Part shown: positions 46,401 through 53,583 of the stretch, piece after piece | How positions within the stretch are numbered: position 1 is the first letter of the stretch | How the letters are laid out: the number at the start of each line of letters is the position of its first letter | From: an uncultured Myxococcales bacterium | GTDB lineage: Bacteria > Myxococcota_A > UBA9042 > DTJE01 | Assembly: GCA_903857665.1 (NCBI GenBank) | Contig: CAIOFV010000084.1 | Span: 16,294-80,293, forward strand | Length of the DNA stretch: 64,000 nt | Direction: 5' to 3' | Made by a program: the position numbers and the translations under genes | Notes under the pieces: model-generated | Seen by the model: the letters and a program-made list of their open reading frames with translations, nothing else | Database searches by the model: none | Told to the model about the DNA's origin: nothing

Positions 46401-48209
46401 GGGTGCGTGTACGTCGAGTCGTGTCCCGACGCCGATCCCTGCACGATCGATTCCTGCGACCTTGCCACCGGCCAGTGCCTGCACGCGAAGGTCAACTGCA
46501 AGGACAGCGATCCCTGCACCGAGGATACGTGCGACCCCCTGGTCGGGTCCTGCGTCCACCGCCCCAACTGCGACGATCTGGACCCGTGCACCACGGACCG
46601 GTGCGATCCGGTCCTGGAATGCGTGCACACGCCGGCGACCTGTGACGACGGCGACCCCTGCACGGTCGATACCTGCGTTGCCGGCCAGGGATGCGTCCAC
46701 ACGCCGAAGGACTGCAACGACGGCCTCTTCTGCACGGTGGATTCGTGCAATCCCGTGACGGGCGCCTGCTTGAACGTGGCGAAGAACTGCGACGATGGGG
46801 ATGGCTGCACGACCGACCGGTGCGACCAGACCACGGGCACATGCCTGCACGATCCGAAGGACTGCAACGACGGCCTGGACTGCACGGCGGATTCGTGCCG
46901 GAGCCCCGCCGGGACCTGTGTCCATGCGGATTCCTGCGACGTCGGCAACAAGTGCTTCCCCGCCTACTGCGAAGCCTCGACGGGCCAATGCAGGGTGATG
47001 CCCGTCAACTGCGACGACGACAACCGGTGCACCGCGGATTCGTGCGATCTGGCCGTCGGCTGCAAGCACGCGCCGGTGACCTGCGACGACGGGAACAAGT
47101 GCACGGAGGACACGTGCTCCCCGTCCTCCGGTTGCGAATTCACCACGAAGAACTGTGACGACGGCGACCCGTGCACGATCGACAGTTGCAACGTCGCGCT
47201 GGGATGCATCAACTCCCGGCTGTCGTGCACCCAGGGCGACCGCTGTACCGTGGATTCGTACTGCGAGGCCGATCCGGCAGACGCAACGTTGGCGAAGTGC
47301 GTTTACGTCGAACGGGATTGCCCGTGGTCGGACCCGTGCATCCCCGGGTACTGCGACCGGACGACCGGCCAGTGCAACACGACGCCACTGGACTGCAACG
47401 ACCACAACGTCTGCACGACGGACACCTGCGATCGACGCAGCGGCACCTGCACCCTGACCCCGGCTCTCAACTGCAACGACAGCAACCCCTGTACGCTCGA
47501 CGCCTGCAGCGCGGGCACCTCGGGTGCTGCCCAGTGCAACCATGTGGATGCCTGCGACGACCGGAACGCCTGCACGCTTGACAGTTGCGCTACCGGCCAG
47601 GGATGCGTCCACGTGGTGGACCACTCGAAGGCGAACTGCCTCTGCCATGCGAACTCGGACTGCGACGACTCGGATCCGTGCACGATCGACGTGTGCAACG
47701 GGTCCAACGAGTGCACGCACACCGCGAAGACCTGCACCCCGATCGACGATTGCCACGTGTCCACCTGCGACGGAACCACGGGGGCCTGCGTGTCGACTTT
47801 CGCCAAGGAATGCTGCGCGGTGGACGCCGACTGCGACGACGGCGCGCCCCACACGCAGGACGTCTGCCAGTCAGGCCATTGCCGGCACCTGTGGGCCTGC
47901 GACGACAACAACCCATGCACGCAGGACTTCCAGAATCCTCTGACCGGGGCCTGCAAGAACGTGACGGACACGTGCGCTGACGGCAACTCCTGCACGGACG
48001 ATTCCTGCAATGCGAACCAGGGTTGCGTGCACACTCAACAGGCAACCTGCTACCAGGTGACCTGCACGACCGACAGCGATTGCGCAGACAACCGTACCTG
48101 CACGATCGACATCTGCGTGGCCACTGGCGGCATTCTGAACACCTGCGTGCATCCGGCAATGTGGTGCCCGCCTGGCAAGGCCTGCGTGGAAGGATTCGGC
48201 TGCATGTAG
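43425..48209 (+). CDS. Giant Cys-rich lipoprotein built of CDDGxPCTxDxC repeats (Dictyostelium CTDC-like)
   Basis: ATG after GAGGAGG, lipobox ASGC and an acidic linker. Dozens of ~24-25 aa repeats, interrupted by CxxDxDC modules. Confidence 0.88.
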   Translation: MARCIRLRDSLRRIALLAVVGALASGCGGSNKPKDVLSDTQGEDEDSLVAPDILDVPDLVPDVPVRDPGTEVDAADVPEDEIGPVEVFTEDVHTDAGCEIDSDCPDPGPCLVGRCVDGICSTEARDCQDGDPCTKDSCDQTTGCAHDAISGCTTCGVSTDCIGHEPNQCVRGSCGLLDAGDASPPCPSAGSCPDGLECSPDSSQCVAHACRWITRVCDDQDPCTTDGCDPDRGCTHVQAVDAPPACHTCTKDLDCANLVADPCSVITCYLTSGRCRVDPKSCDDGNQCTVDSCDPATGCLHVEKVCNDGDSCTTDSCNPATGTCVAIDLSCDDGDACTTDFCVPGVGCQHNPLSCDDRNPCTEDRCTGGQCTWENKTCDDGNACTADTCVRTDGSCKSVQRTCDDGNPCTLDSCDRTAGCIHTDIACSDNDACTLDRCDPALGCVHQRLPSCPCTTNAQCNDGNACTTEVCDTGVCKYVATQCSDGDACTADWCDAATGTCQKVVRDCEDNDPCTIDLCAPGVGCVHSAQACDDQNPCTTDLCDRVTGACAHVVKDCDDGNPVTVDRCNPDTGNCTNVPTTCSDGDSCTTDTFDAISGTCRHTMINCDYNNACTTDSCIPLKGCVHLPSPKPGCSTACLIDKDCSDGNPCTVDQCDQATKLCGYTVKDCSDGNPCTLDECNSTTGACKNTLNTCNDLNPCTIDSCDAVTGACVHTDKNCDDGNPCTTDICDQTTGKCLSTPVIVDDGDACTVDRCDPVSGVILHLQASCDDGDLCTIDKCDPATGACINTVKTCEDLDACTADSCDPSTGACLNVRKSCDDGDPCTQDSCHPMTGQCLHTKRSCDDGNTCTMDSCDSASGACVHQDRSCDDGEPCSVDSCVRNVGCVHTPLSCDDGDPCTVDACEGTGCSHRPVANCKACTVATDCQVTDPCAVGVCNQATHQCSWTYADCNDRDPCTADSCIAGTGTCKHTRKDCNDGLACTYDYCDSTSGGCVYVESCPDADPCTIDSCDLATGQCLHAKVNCKDSDPCTEDTCDPLVGSCVHRPNCDDLDPCTTDRCDPVLECVHTPATCDDGDPCTVDTCVAGQGCVHTPKDCNDGLFCTVDSCNPVTGACLNVAKNCDDGDGCTTDRCDQTTGTCLHDPKDCNDGLDCTADSCRSPAGTCVHADSCDVGNKCFPAYCEASTGQCRVMPVNCDDDNRCTADSCDLAVGCKHAPVTCDDGNKCTEDTCSPSSGCEFTTKNCDDGDPCTIDSCNVALGCINSRLSCTQGDRCTVDSYCEADPADATLAKCVYVERDCPWSDPCIPGYCDRTTGQCNTTPLDCNDHNVCTTDTCDRRSGTCTLTPALNCNDSNPCTLDACSAGTSGAAQCNHVDACDDRNACTLDSCATGQGCVHVVDHSKANCLCHANSDCDDSDPCTIDVCNGSNECTHTAKTCTPIDDCHVSTCDGTTGACVSTFAKECCAVDADCDDGAPHTQDVCQSGHCRHLWACDDNNPCTQDFQNPLTGACKNVTDTCADGNSCTDDSCNANQGCVHTQQATCYQVTCTTDSDCADNRTCTIDICVATGGILNTCVHPAMWCPPGKACVEGFGCM

Positions 48210-48217
48210 GCGGCGAG

Positions 48218-48256
48218 ACCTGCTCTGAACCTGCACGGGACCTGCCTGTAACCTGC
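48218..48256. repeat. Four ACCTGC motifs at an exact 11-bp period
   Basis: ACCTGC starts at 48218, 48229, 48240 and 48251, with variable 5-nt spacers. Confidence 0.85.
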
Positions 48257-48347
48257 TGCAATCCCCCTGAATATTGGTCCCCCGGGGTTCTGGGCATCGC
48301 CACGTCGCCGAGGGTTCATCGACGGCACATGCCACCGATTGCACAGG
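48252..48347 (-). ncRNA. Candidate structured RNA (unassigned)
   Basis: Closing stem CCTG(C)TGCAATC/GATTGCACAGG encloses a GGCAT..CGTCG/CGACG..ATGCC hairpin. A possible pseudoknot pairs better on the minus strand. Folded by eye only. Confidence 0.3.
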
Positions 48348-48449
48348 GTGTACCGACCGCACAAGGGGTGCGCCCGTCGTCAACGGCCGGCGCATCCCGG
48401 CCCTGCGTGTATTCGGCAACGGGTCGGGGTCGAGGCAGCGGGTCCGCCG

Positions 48450-48504
48450 GGAGAAGCGGGGGCAGGAGAAGCGGGCCCTGGAGAAGCGGGCCCTGGAGAA
48501 GCGG
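48450..48504. repeat. 15-bp tandem repeat GGAGAAGCGG(GCCCT), four copies
   Basis: Units start at 48450, 48465, 48480 and 48495, just beyond the pgsA stop. Confidence 0.85.
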
Positions 48505-48513
48505 CGGCGGCGC

Positions 48514-49137
48514 CTACTTCCTGCCGGCGATCCGGTTGATGGCGAGGTAGTAGTCGATCAGGGAGATCAGGGCCCCCAGCGCGACGAGGATCGACAGGAC
48601 CTGGGCGACGGGCGCCACCAGGTCGCGCAGGCCTTCGACATAGTGCGCGACGACCAGGAACCCGACGATGAGGTTCGCGGCGATGGCCTGGCTGAGGGCC
48701 TTGATCTTGCCGGACGGGCGGGCCTGGACGACGTATCCCTCCTTGGCCGCAATGACCCGCAGCGTGCTGACCACCGCCTCCCGATAGTAGACGACCAGGA
48801 GCACCCAGAAGGGGATCAGGCCCACCCACATCAGGCAGAGGAATGCCCCGACGTGCGACAGGGTGTCGGCGAGGGGGTCCACCAGTTTCCCAAGGTCGGT
48901 CACGGTGCCGTGGTGACGGGCGATCGCCCCATCCACCAGGTCCGACACTTCCTGCAGGAACATCAGGGCCCAGGCGGCGATCAGGAATTCGGGACGGATA
49001 TCGACGATCAGCGTTTCGATCGGCGCCCCGTAGCCGCTGCCCCGCAGTCCCAGCCAGAACAGCAGAACGAAGATGGGGCTGGCCACCAGCCTCGAAAAGG
49101 TGATCCACAGGGGCAGGTTGGTCGGAGCGATAACCAC
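48514..49137 (-). CDS. pgsA: CDP-diacylglycerol--glycerol-3-phosphate 3-phosphatidyltransferase
   Basis: NLPLWITFSRL and the CDP-alcohol phosphotransferase motif SDLVDGAIAR...TDLGKLVDPLAD, plus REAVVSTLR and GKIK. The GTG start at 49137 is approximate. Confidence 0.88.
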   Translation of the reverse strand: MVIAPTNLPLWITFSRLVASPIFVLLFWLGLRGSGYGAPIETLIVDIRPEFLIAAWALMFLQEVSDLVDGAIARHHGTVTDLGKLVDPLADTLSHVGAFLCLMWVGLIPFWVLLVVYYREAVVSTLRVIAAKEGYVVQARPSGKIKALSQAIAANLIVGFLVVAHYVEGLRDLVAPVAQVLSILVALGALISLIDYYLAINRIAGRK

Positions 49138-49181
49138 GGCCGTATCGTAGGCGAAACCCCTCCCGGGCGCGAGAGGAAAAA

Positions 49182-49889
49182 TCACCGCGAGCCGGTCCCC
49201 GTCGGGTCGGTGGAAGGTTCGGCCGCGGCGGGTTCGGGCGCGGCATCGGCGGGATCGGGCGGGGCAACGGGGGCCTCGGGCGCACCCACGACGGGATCGG
49301 GCGGGGCCACGACGGGTTCGGGCGCGGCCGGAACGGGCGGGGCCCCGGCAGGATCGAGCAGGGGCTGGGCCGCCGGAGCACGTCGAATCAGCGCTACCAG
49401 TTCGTCCACGCGCTCGGCGGACAGCCGGCCGCTGCACGCCCAGCGGACCACCCCGTCCGGGCCGAACAGGACCATCGACGAAGTGCGATCGACGACCCCC
49501 AGCGCCTTCGCCGCCTCGCCGTTCCAGTCCCCGAACAGTGTCCGTCCCATTTCCTTCGACCGCTTCCGCAGTTCCTTCTGCGCGAACGGCTTCGCCGGCC
49601 AGAACCTCCAGCGCCGCATGTCCGCCACCGGCATCACGACGAGTGTCCGGGGCAGCGACTTGTCGCGCGACAGGCGTTTCTTCAGCGCTGCATTCCAATC
49701 GACGGCGACCTTGTCTTCGTACATCACGAGGATCGCCCGACCGGCGAACGTCGAAAACCGCACGGCCGCACCGTCGGGGTCCTCGACGACGAAGTCGCCC
49801 GGCCGGGCGCCCTTGCCGACGAGCGCCATCACGGGCGCACCGGCCAGCAGGGCGGCCACGCAGGCCAGGATTGCCCAGGGGCGGACCAT
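49182..49889 (-). CDS. Exported thioredoxin-like-fold (YtfJ-like) protein with a Pro/Ala-rich tail
   Basis: Signal peptide. PGDFVVEDPDG...F..FAGR..LVMYED...DWNGEAAKALG...LFGPDGVVRW redoxin-like pattern without CxxC. Confidence 0.6.
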   Translation of the reverse strand: MVRPWAILACVAALLAGAPVMALVGKGARPGDFVVEDPDGAAVRFSTFAGRAILVMYEDKVAVDWNAALKKRLSRDKSLPRTLVVMPVADMRRWRFWPAKPFAQKELRKRSKEMGRTLFGDWNGEAAKALGVVDRTSSMVLFGPDGVVRWACSGRLSAERVDELVALIRRAPAAQPLLDPAGAPPVPAAPEPVVAPPDPVVGAPEAPVAPPDPADAAPEPAAAEPSTDPTGTGSR

Positions 49890-49907
49890 GCTCCCTCCTC
49901 CGGCGCA

Positions 49908-50402
49908 TCACACCGGGACGATTTCCGCGCGGACCCGGCCGCCTTCCAGGTGCAGGCGAGCCACGGTCACGGGCAACTGGAACCTGCGCGGCCCGGCGCT
50001 TCCCGGGTTCAGATACATGACGCCGTTGCGTTCGATCGCCTCGGGACGGTGCGAATGGCCCGATATCACCAGGGCCAGGCCGGCCGCCTTCGGATCCAGG
50101 TCGAGCGCCGAGCGATCGTGGATCATCACACCGTCGATGCCGTCGAAATCGATCCACTCGCGGGCAGGCAGATCGCTGGACCACGGGGCCGTGTCGGTGT
50201 TCCCGCGGACCGCGATCACGGGTGCCACGGACTCCAGGGCGCGCAGCACCTCGGGCGACCCGATGTCGCCGGCGTGCAGGATGCACCGGGCCCCGGCCAG
50301 GGCATCCAGGGCGGACGGGCGGACGAGGCCGTGCGTATCCGAAATGACGCCGATGAAGGACGACGCATGGAGGGAGGCTGAATCCACGACATACCGATTC
50401 AA
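49908..50402 (-). CDS. YfcE-type metallophosphoesterase
   Basis: ISDTHG, HAGDIG, VRGNTD, SGHSH and LNPGSAG. The start is uncertain. Confidence 0.9.
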   Translation of the reverse strand: MNRYVVDSASLHASSFIGVISDTHGLVRPSALDALAGARCILHAGDIGSPEVLRALESVAPVIAVRGNTDTAPWSSDLPAREWIDFDGIDGVMIHDRSALDLDPKAAGLALVISGHSHRPEAIERNGVMYLNPGSAGPRRFQLPVTVARLHLEGGRVRAEIVPV

Positions 50403-50408
50403 AGGGTG

Positions 50409-50451
50409 AAAACAACAACGGGCAGGCCCGGTTACCCGGGCCTGCCCGTTG
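50409..50451 (-). terminator. Intrinsic terminator after the RRM gene
   Basis: Perfect 16-bp stem CAACGGGCAGGCCCGG / CCGGGCCTGCCCGTTG with a 4-nt loop, followed by TTGTTTT on the minus strand. Confidence 0.8.
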
Positions 50452-50494
50452 CATCATTCGACATTCTGTCGGGACGGAAGGACCGTCCGCCGGA

Positions 50495-50866
50495 TCAGAA
50501 GCGCCGCGGACCGCGATCGTAACCGCCGCCGCCGCCGCCACCACCGCCGTAGCCGCCACCGCCGCCGCCACCGCCGTAGCCGCCGCGACCGCCGCCGCCG
50601 CCACCACCGCGATCCTCGCGCTCACGCGGGAAGTCGACCTTGACCGCGCGACCGTCGATGATCTGGCCGTCCATTTCCGCCTTGGCACGAGCCGCGGCTT
50701 CCTCGGTCGTGAACGTCACGAACCCGAAGCCCTTCGACCGGCCGGTCTCGCGGTCCACGATCACGCGGACTTCCTCGATTTCGCCGTACTGCTCGCACGC
50801 CGCGCGCAGCGAGGCCTCGGTGGTCGCCCACGCCAGACCGCCCATGAACAGCTTGTTCTTCTGCAT
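50495..50866 (-). CDS. RRM RNA-binding protein with a Gly-rich tail
   Basis: RNP2 LFMGGL, RNP1 KGFGFVTF, DRETGRS and a GGGYGGG tail. Confidence 0.93.
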   Translation of the reverse strand: MQKNKLFMGGLAWATTEASLRAACEQYGEIEEVRVIVDRETGRSKGFGFVTFTTEEAAARAKAEMDGQIIDGRAVKVDFPREREDRGGGGGGGRGGYGGGGGGGGYGGGGGGGGGYDRGPRRF

Positions 50867-51239
50867 CGGAAAACTCCTTGAACCGGGACTCTCGTCCCAA
50901 CGTGCCCGGAACCCGGGCTCTCATCGGACGGCACGACGTTTTCACGCCACCGTCCACACCTCCTGAGAGCTGGCGTGCATGCACACGGGATCATTATTCC
51001 GGGTCACGAAGGTCGGATGGAAGACCAGATGAACCGCGGATCGCAGATCGAGTGTGGTCAGGGTAGCCACCTCCAGAGTCGCCCCAATTTTACCGAGGCA
51101 AAAATGGAAAATCAAGCGTGATTTTTGGACCTTCCGGAATGGTTCCGGTGACTCCGGTGATCCTGCCCCCCTGACGCATTGCGTCAGGATGGGGATGTGG
51201 TATGAAGCGATGCGGGCGGGCGGAACGGGAGAAAGCGGC

Positions 51240-53465
51240 ATGTACGACATCGAAGGGGCCCTGGAACGGCAACTTGCGCTGGTGGCGACGGACCGGCCGA
51301 CGGTCGTGTTCACCGAGGCGCTGGACCCCCGCGTGCTGGAAGCGGTATGTCACCTGGCACGCCACTGCCGCCCGGTATTGCTGGCGCCCGAGAAGGAGGT
51401 CCGCTACCTGGCCGCGCGCGAGCTGACCCACGTGGATCCGAACCGGCTGGAGTTCGCGCTGTCGGAATCGACGTTCGTGCGCGTCAAGGACCGCACGGAC
51501 CTGATCGACGAGTTCGCCCACGTCTGCCAGGAGCGGAAGGACTGCGCCACGCTGTGCCCCGACGCGGTTGCCGCGAAGGCCCGCATGTCCGACCCGGCGA
51601 TCTTCGGGCTGTTCGCGGTCAAGCAGGGCCACGCGGACATGGTGGTCGGCGGCGCGACCCACACCCCGCGGGACTACTTCCGGCCCATGCTGAACCTGTT
51701 TTCGACGCGCCGCGACGTGTGCGAGGCGGGCGTGTTCGTGCTGCCGGACGAGCACCCGGCGGACATGTTCCCGCACAACATCGTGGTCTTCGGCGATACC
51801 GGCGTCAACGCCACCATGACGCCCGAGGTGCTGGCCGAGGTGGCGGTGGGCACGTGCAGCGTGGCCCGCGACCTGTTCCCGGAGGACGTCCTGCCGACCA
51901 TCGAGGGCGCCCTGGTGTCGTATTCGAACCGCGGGTCCGACGAGGGCCCGTCGCCCGAGCTGGTCCGCCGGGCGATGGAACTGGTGCCGGCCGTGCTGGC
52001 TCGACGCATCACGCGGGGCGAGCGCTATCGCTCGATCCGCATCACGGGCGAAGTGAAGATCAACGCCGCGCTGTCCCGCCGATCGGCCGCCTACTATTTC
52101 CAGAGCGACGGCGAGGAGGCGCCTCCCCCGGCCAACGTCATCATCTGCCCCAACGTCGATATGGGGAACCTGCTTTACAACCTGTATGCGGTGCGGTTCC
52201 CGACGGCCAAGAAGTTCCCGGTCGTCACCGGCGTGGGCAGCCAGGCCGTCGACATGGCGCTGGACACCACGGCCGAGGACGCGCGCCTGGCGGTCAAGGC
52301 CACCCTTCTGCGCCTGCACCTGCACGGCGGCTGGAAGTCGACCCCCAAGGACACGTTCATCCCGCGCCACCGCATCCTGGCGATCAACCCGGGCAGCACG
52401 TCCACCAAGATCGCCGTGTACGAGAACGACCGAGAGGTGTTCACCCGCGAATTGCAGCACGCGGCCGAGCACCTGGAGCCATTCGAGGGGCAGAAGGTTT
52501 CGGCGCAGTTCGCGTTCCGGAAGGACGCGGTGATCCAGGCCCTCGCGGACAACGGGCTGTCCGTCGCCGACCTGCATGCCGTGTCGGGCCGCGGCGGACT
52601 GGTCCACCCGATCCCGCACGGCACCTACGTCGTGGACCAGCCGCTGCTGGACGACCTGCGGGCCGGCGTGCTGGGCGACCACGCGTCGAACCTCGGCGGC
52701 CTGATCGCGGTCGAGATGGTGTCGGGCACCGGCAAGCCGGCCTTCATCGTGGACCCGCCCGTGGTGGACGAGGTGCCGACCCGCGTGAAGATCACGGGCT
52801 TCAAGTCGGTGCGCCGCAAGGTCATCAGCCACGCGCTGAACCAGGTGGCCACGGCACGGAGGTACGCCGAGGAGAACGAGACCTTCTACGAGCATGTCAA
52901 CGTCATCGTCGCCCACATGGGCGGGGGGATTTCCATCGGGGCGCACCACAAGGGCCGGTTCGTGGACGTCAACAACGCGCTGGACGGCGAGGGGCCGTTC
53001 ACGCCGCAGCGGTCCGGGTCCCTGCCCGTGGGGCAACTGCTGGAAATGTGCTTTTCGGGGGCGTATTCGAAGGCCGAACTGCAGGCGCTGGTGAAGGGAC
53101 GCGGGGGGCTGATCGACCTGCTGGGCACCGCGGACCTGCGGGAGGTCGAGCGGCGGATCGCCGAGGGCGACGCGTTGGCCGCCGAGGTCTTCGAGGCGAT
53201 GGCCTACCAGGTGTCCAAGTGGATCACGTCGCTGCTGCCCGCCTTCGACGGCGAGCCCGTGGACAGGATCCTCCTGACCGGCGGCATGGCCCGCAGCGCG
53301 GCCCTCGTGGCCCGGATCGAAGGCTTCGTTGCGGCCCTCGGCTGCGGCGTGACCGTGTACCCCGGCGAGAACGAGATGGCCGCGCTGGCCAAGGGAGCCC
53401 TGCGCGTGCTGAACGGGAAGGAGAAGGCGCGATCGTATCGCCCTCCCGATCCGGGCACCGCCTGA
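51240..53465 (+). CDS. buk: Fusion of a phosphate acyltransferase (PTA/PTB)-like domain and butyrate kinase
   Basis: N-half: VFTEALDPRVL, FGDTGVN, SYSNRGS and ANVIICPNVDMGN. C-half: ILAINPGSTSTK, GRGGL, HASNLGG, VDPPVVDE, HALNQ, AHMGGGIS, TGGMA and YPGENE. Confidence 0.9.
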   Translation: MYDIEGALERQLALVATDRPTVVFTEALDPRVLEAVCHLARHCRPVLLAPEKEVRYLAARELTHVDPNRLEFALSESTFVRVKDRTDLIDEFAHVCQERKDCATLCPDAVAAKARMSDPAIFGLFAVKQGHADMVVGGATHTPRDYFRPMLNLFSTRRDVCEAGVFVLPDEHPADMFPHNIVVFGDTGVNATMTPEVLAEVAVGTCSVARDLFPEDVLPTIEGALVSYSNRGSDEGPSPELVRRAMELVPAVLARRITRGERYRSIRITGEVKINAALSRRSAAYYFQSDGEEAPPPANVIICPNVDMGNLLYNLYAVRFPTAKKFPVVTGVGSQAVDMALDTTAEDARLAVKATLLRLHLHGGWKSTPKDTFIPRHRILAINPGSTSTKIAVYENDREVFTRELQHAAEHLEPFEGQKVSAQFAFRKDAVIQALADNGLSVADLHAVSGRGGLVHPIPHGTYVVDQPLLDDLRAGVLGDHASNLGGLIAVEMVSGTGKPAFIVDPPVVDEVPTRVKITGFKSVRRKVISHALNQVATARRYAEENETFYEHVNVIVAHMGGGISIGAHHKGRFVDVNNALDGEGPFTPQRSGSLPVGQLLEMCFSGAYSKAELQALVKGRGGLIDLLGTADLREVERRIAEGDALAAEVFEAMAYQVSKWITSLLPAFDGEPVDRILLTGGMARSAALVARIEGFVAALGCGVTVYPGENEMAALAKGALRVLNGKEKARSYRPPDPGTA

Positions 53466-53583
53466 CGGAACCTCCCGACACGGCCGGATTCGCCCCCCGC
53501 TTTCCCCATCCCGGCGGAAGTTGGCATTCAGGGCCGGAAGTTCCTATTCTTCTATCGCCTTTGTATCGGCACGGGAGGAATCC

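Noticed and set aside
32937..47852. Very long antisense ORFs (32937-36323, 36336-40244, 43329-47852; similarly 888-3287 and 3300-6062)
   Set aside because: They are shadow frames of GC-rich, codon-biased genes, with Ala/Val/Arg-rich translations and no recognisable motifs.
43425..48209. CRISPR-like periodic DNA repeats in the Cys-rich regions
   Set aside because: The repeats are in frame and vary at synonymous positions, so they are protein repeats.
48290..48345. SAM-I riboswitch (minus-strand GATGAACCCTCGGCGAC resembles part of its core)
   Set aside because: It lacks the AUC-AGAG/GAGGGA elements and has no downstream gene to regulate.
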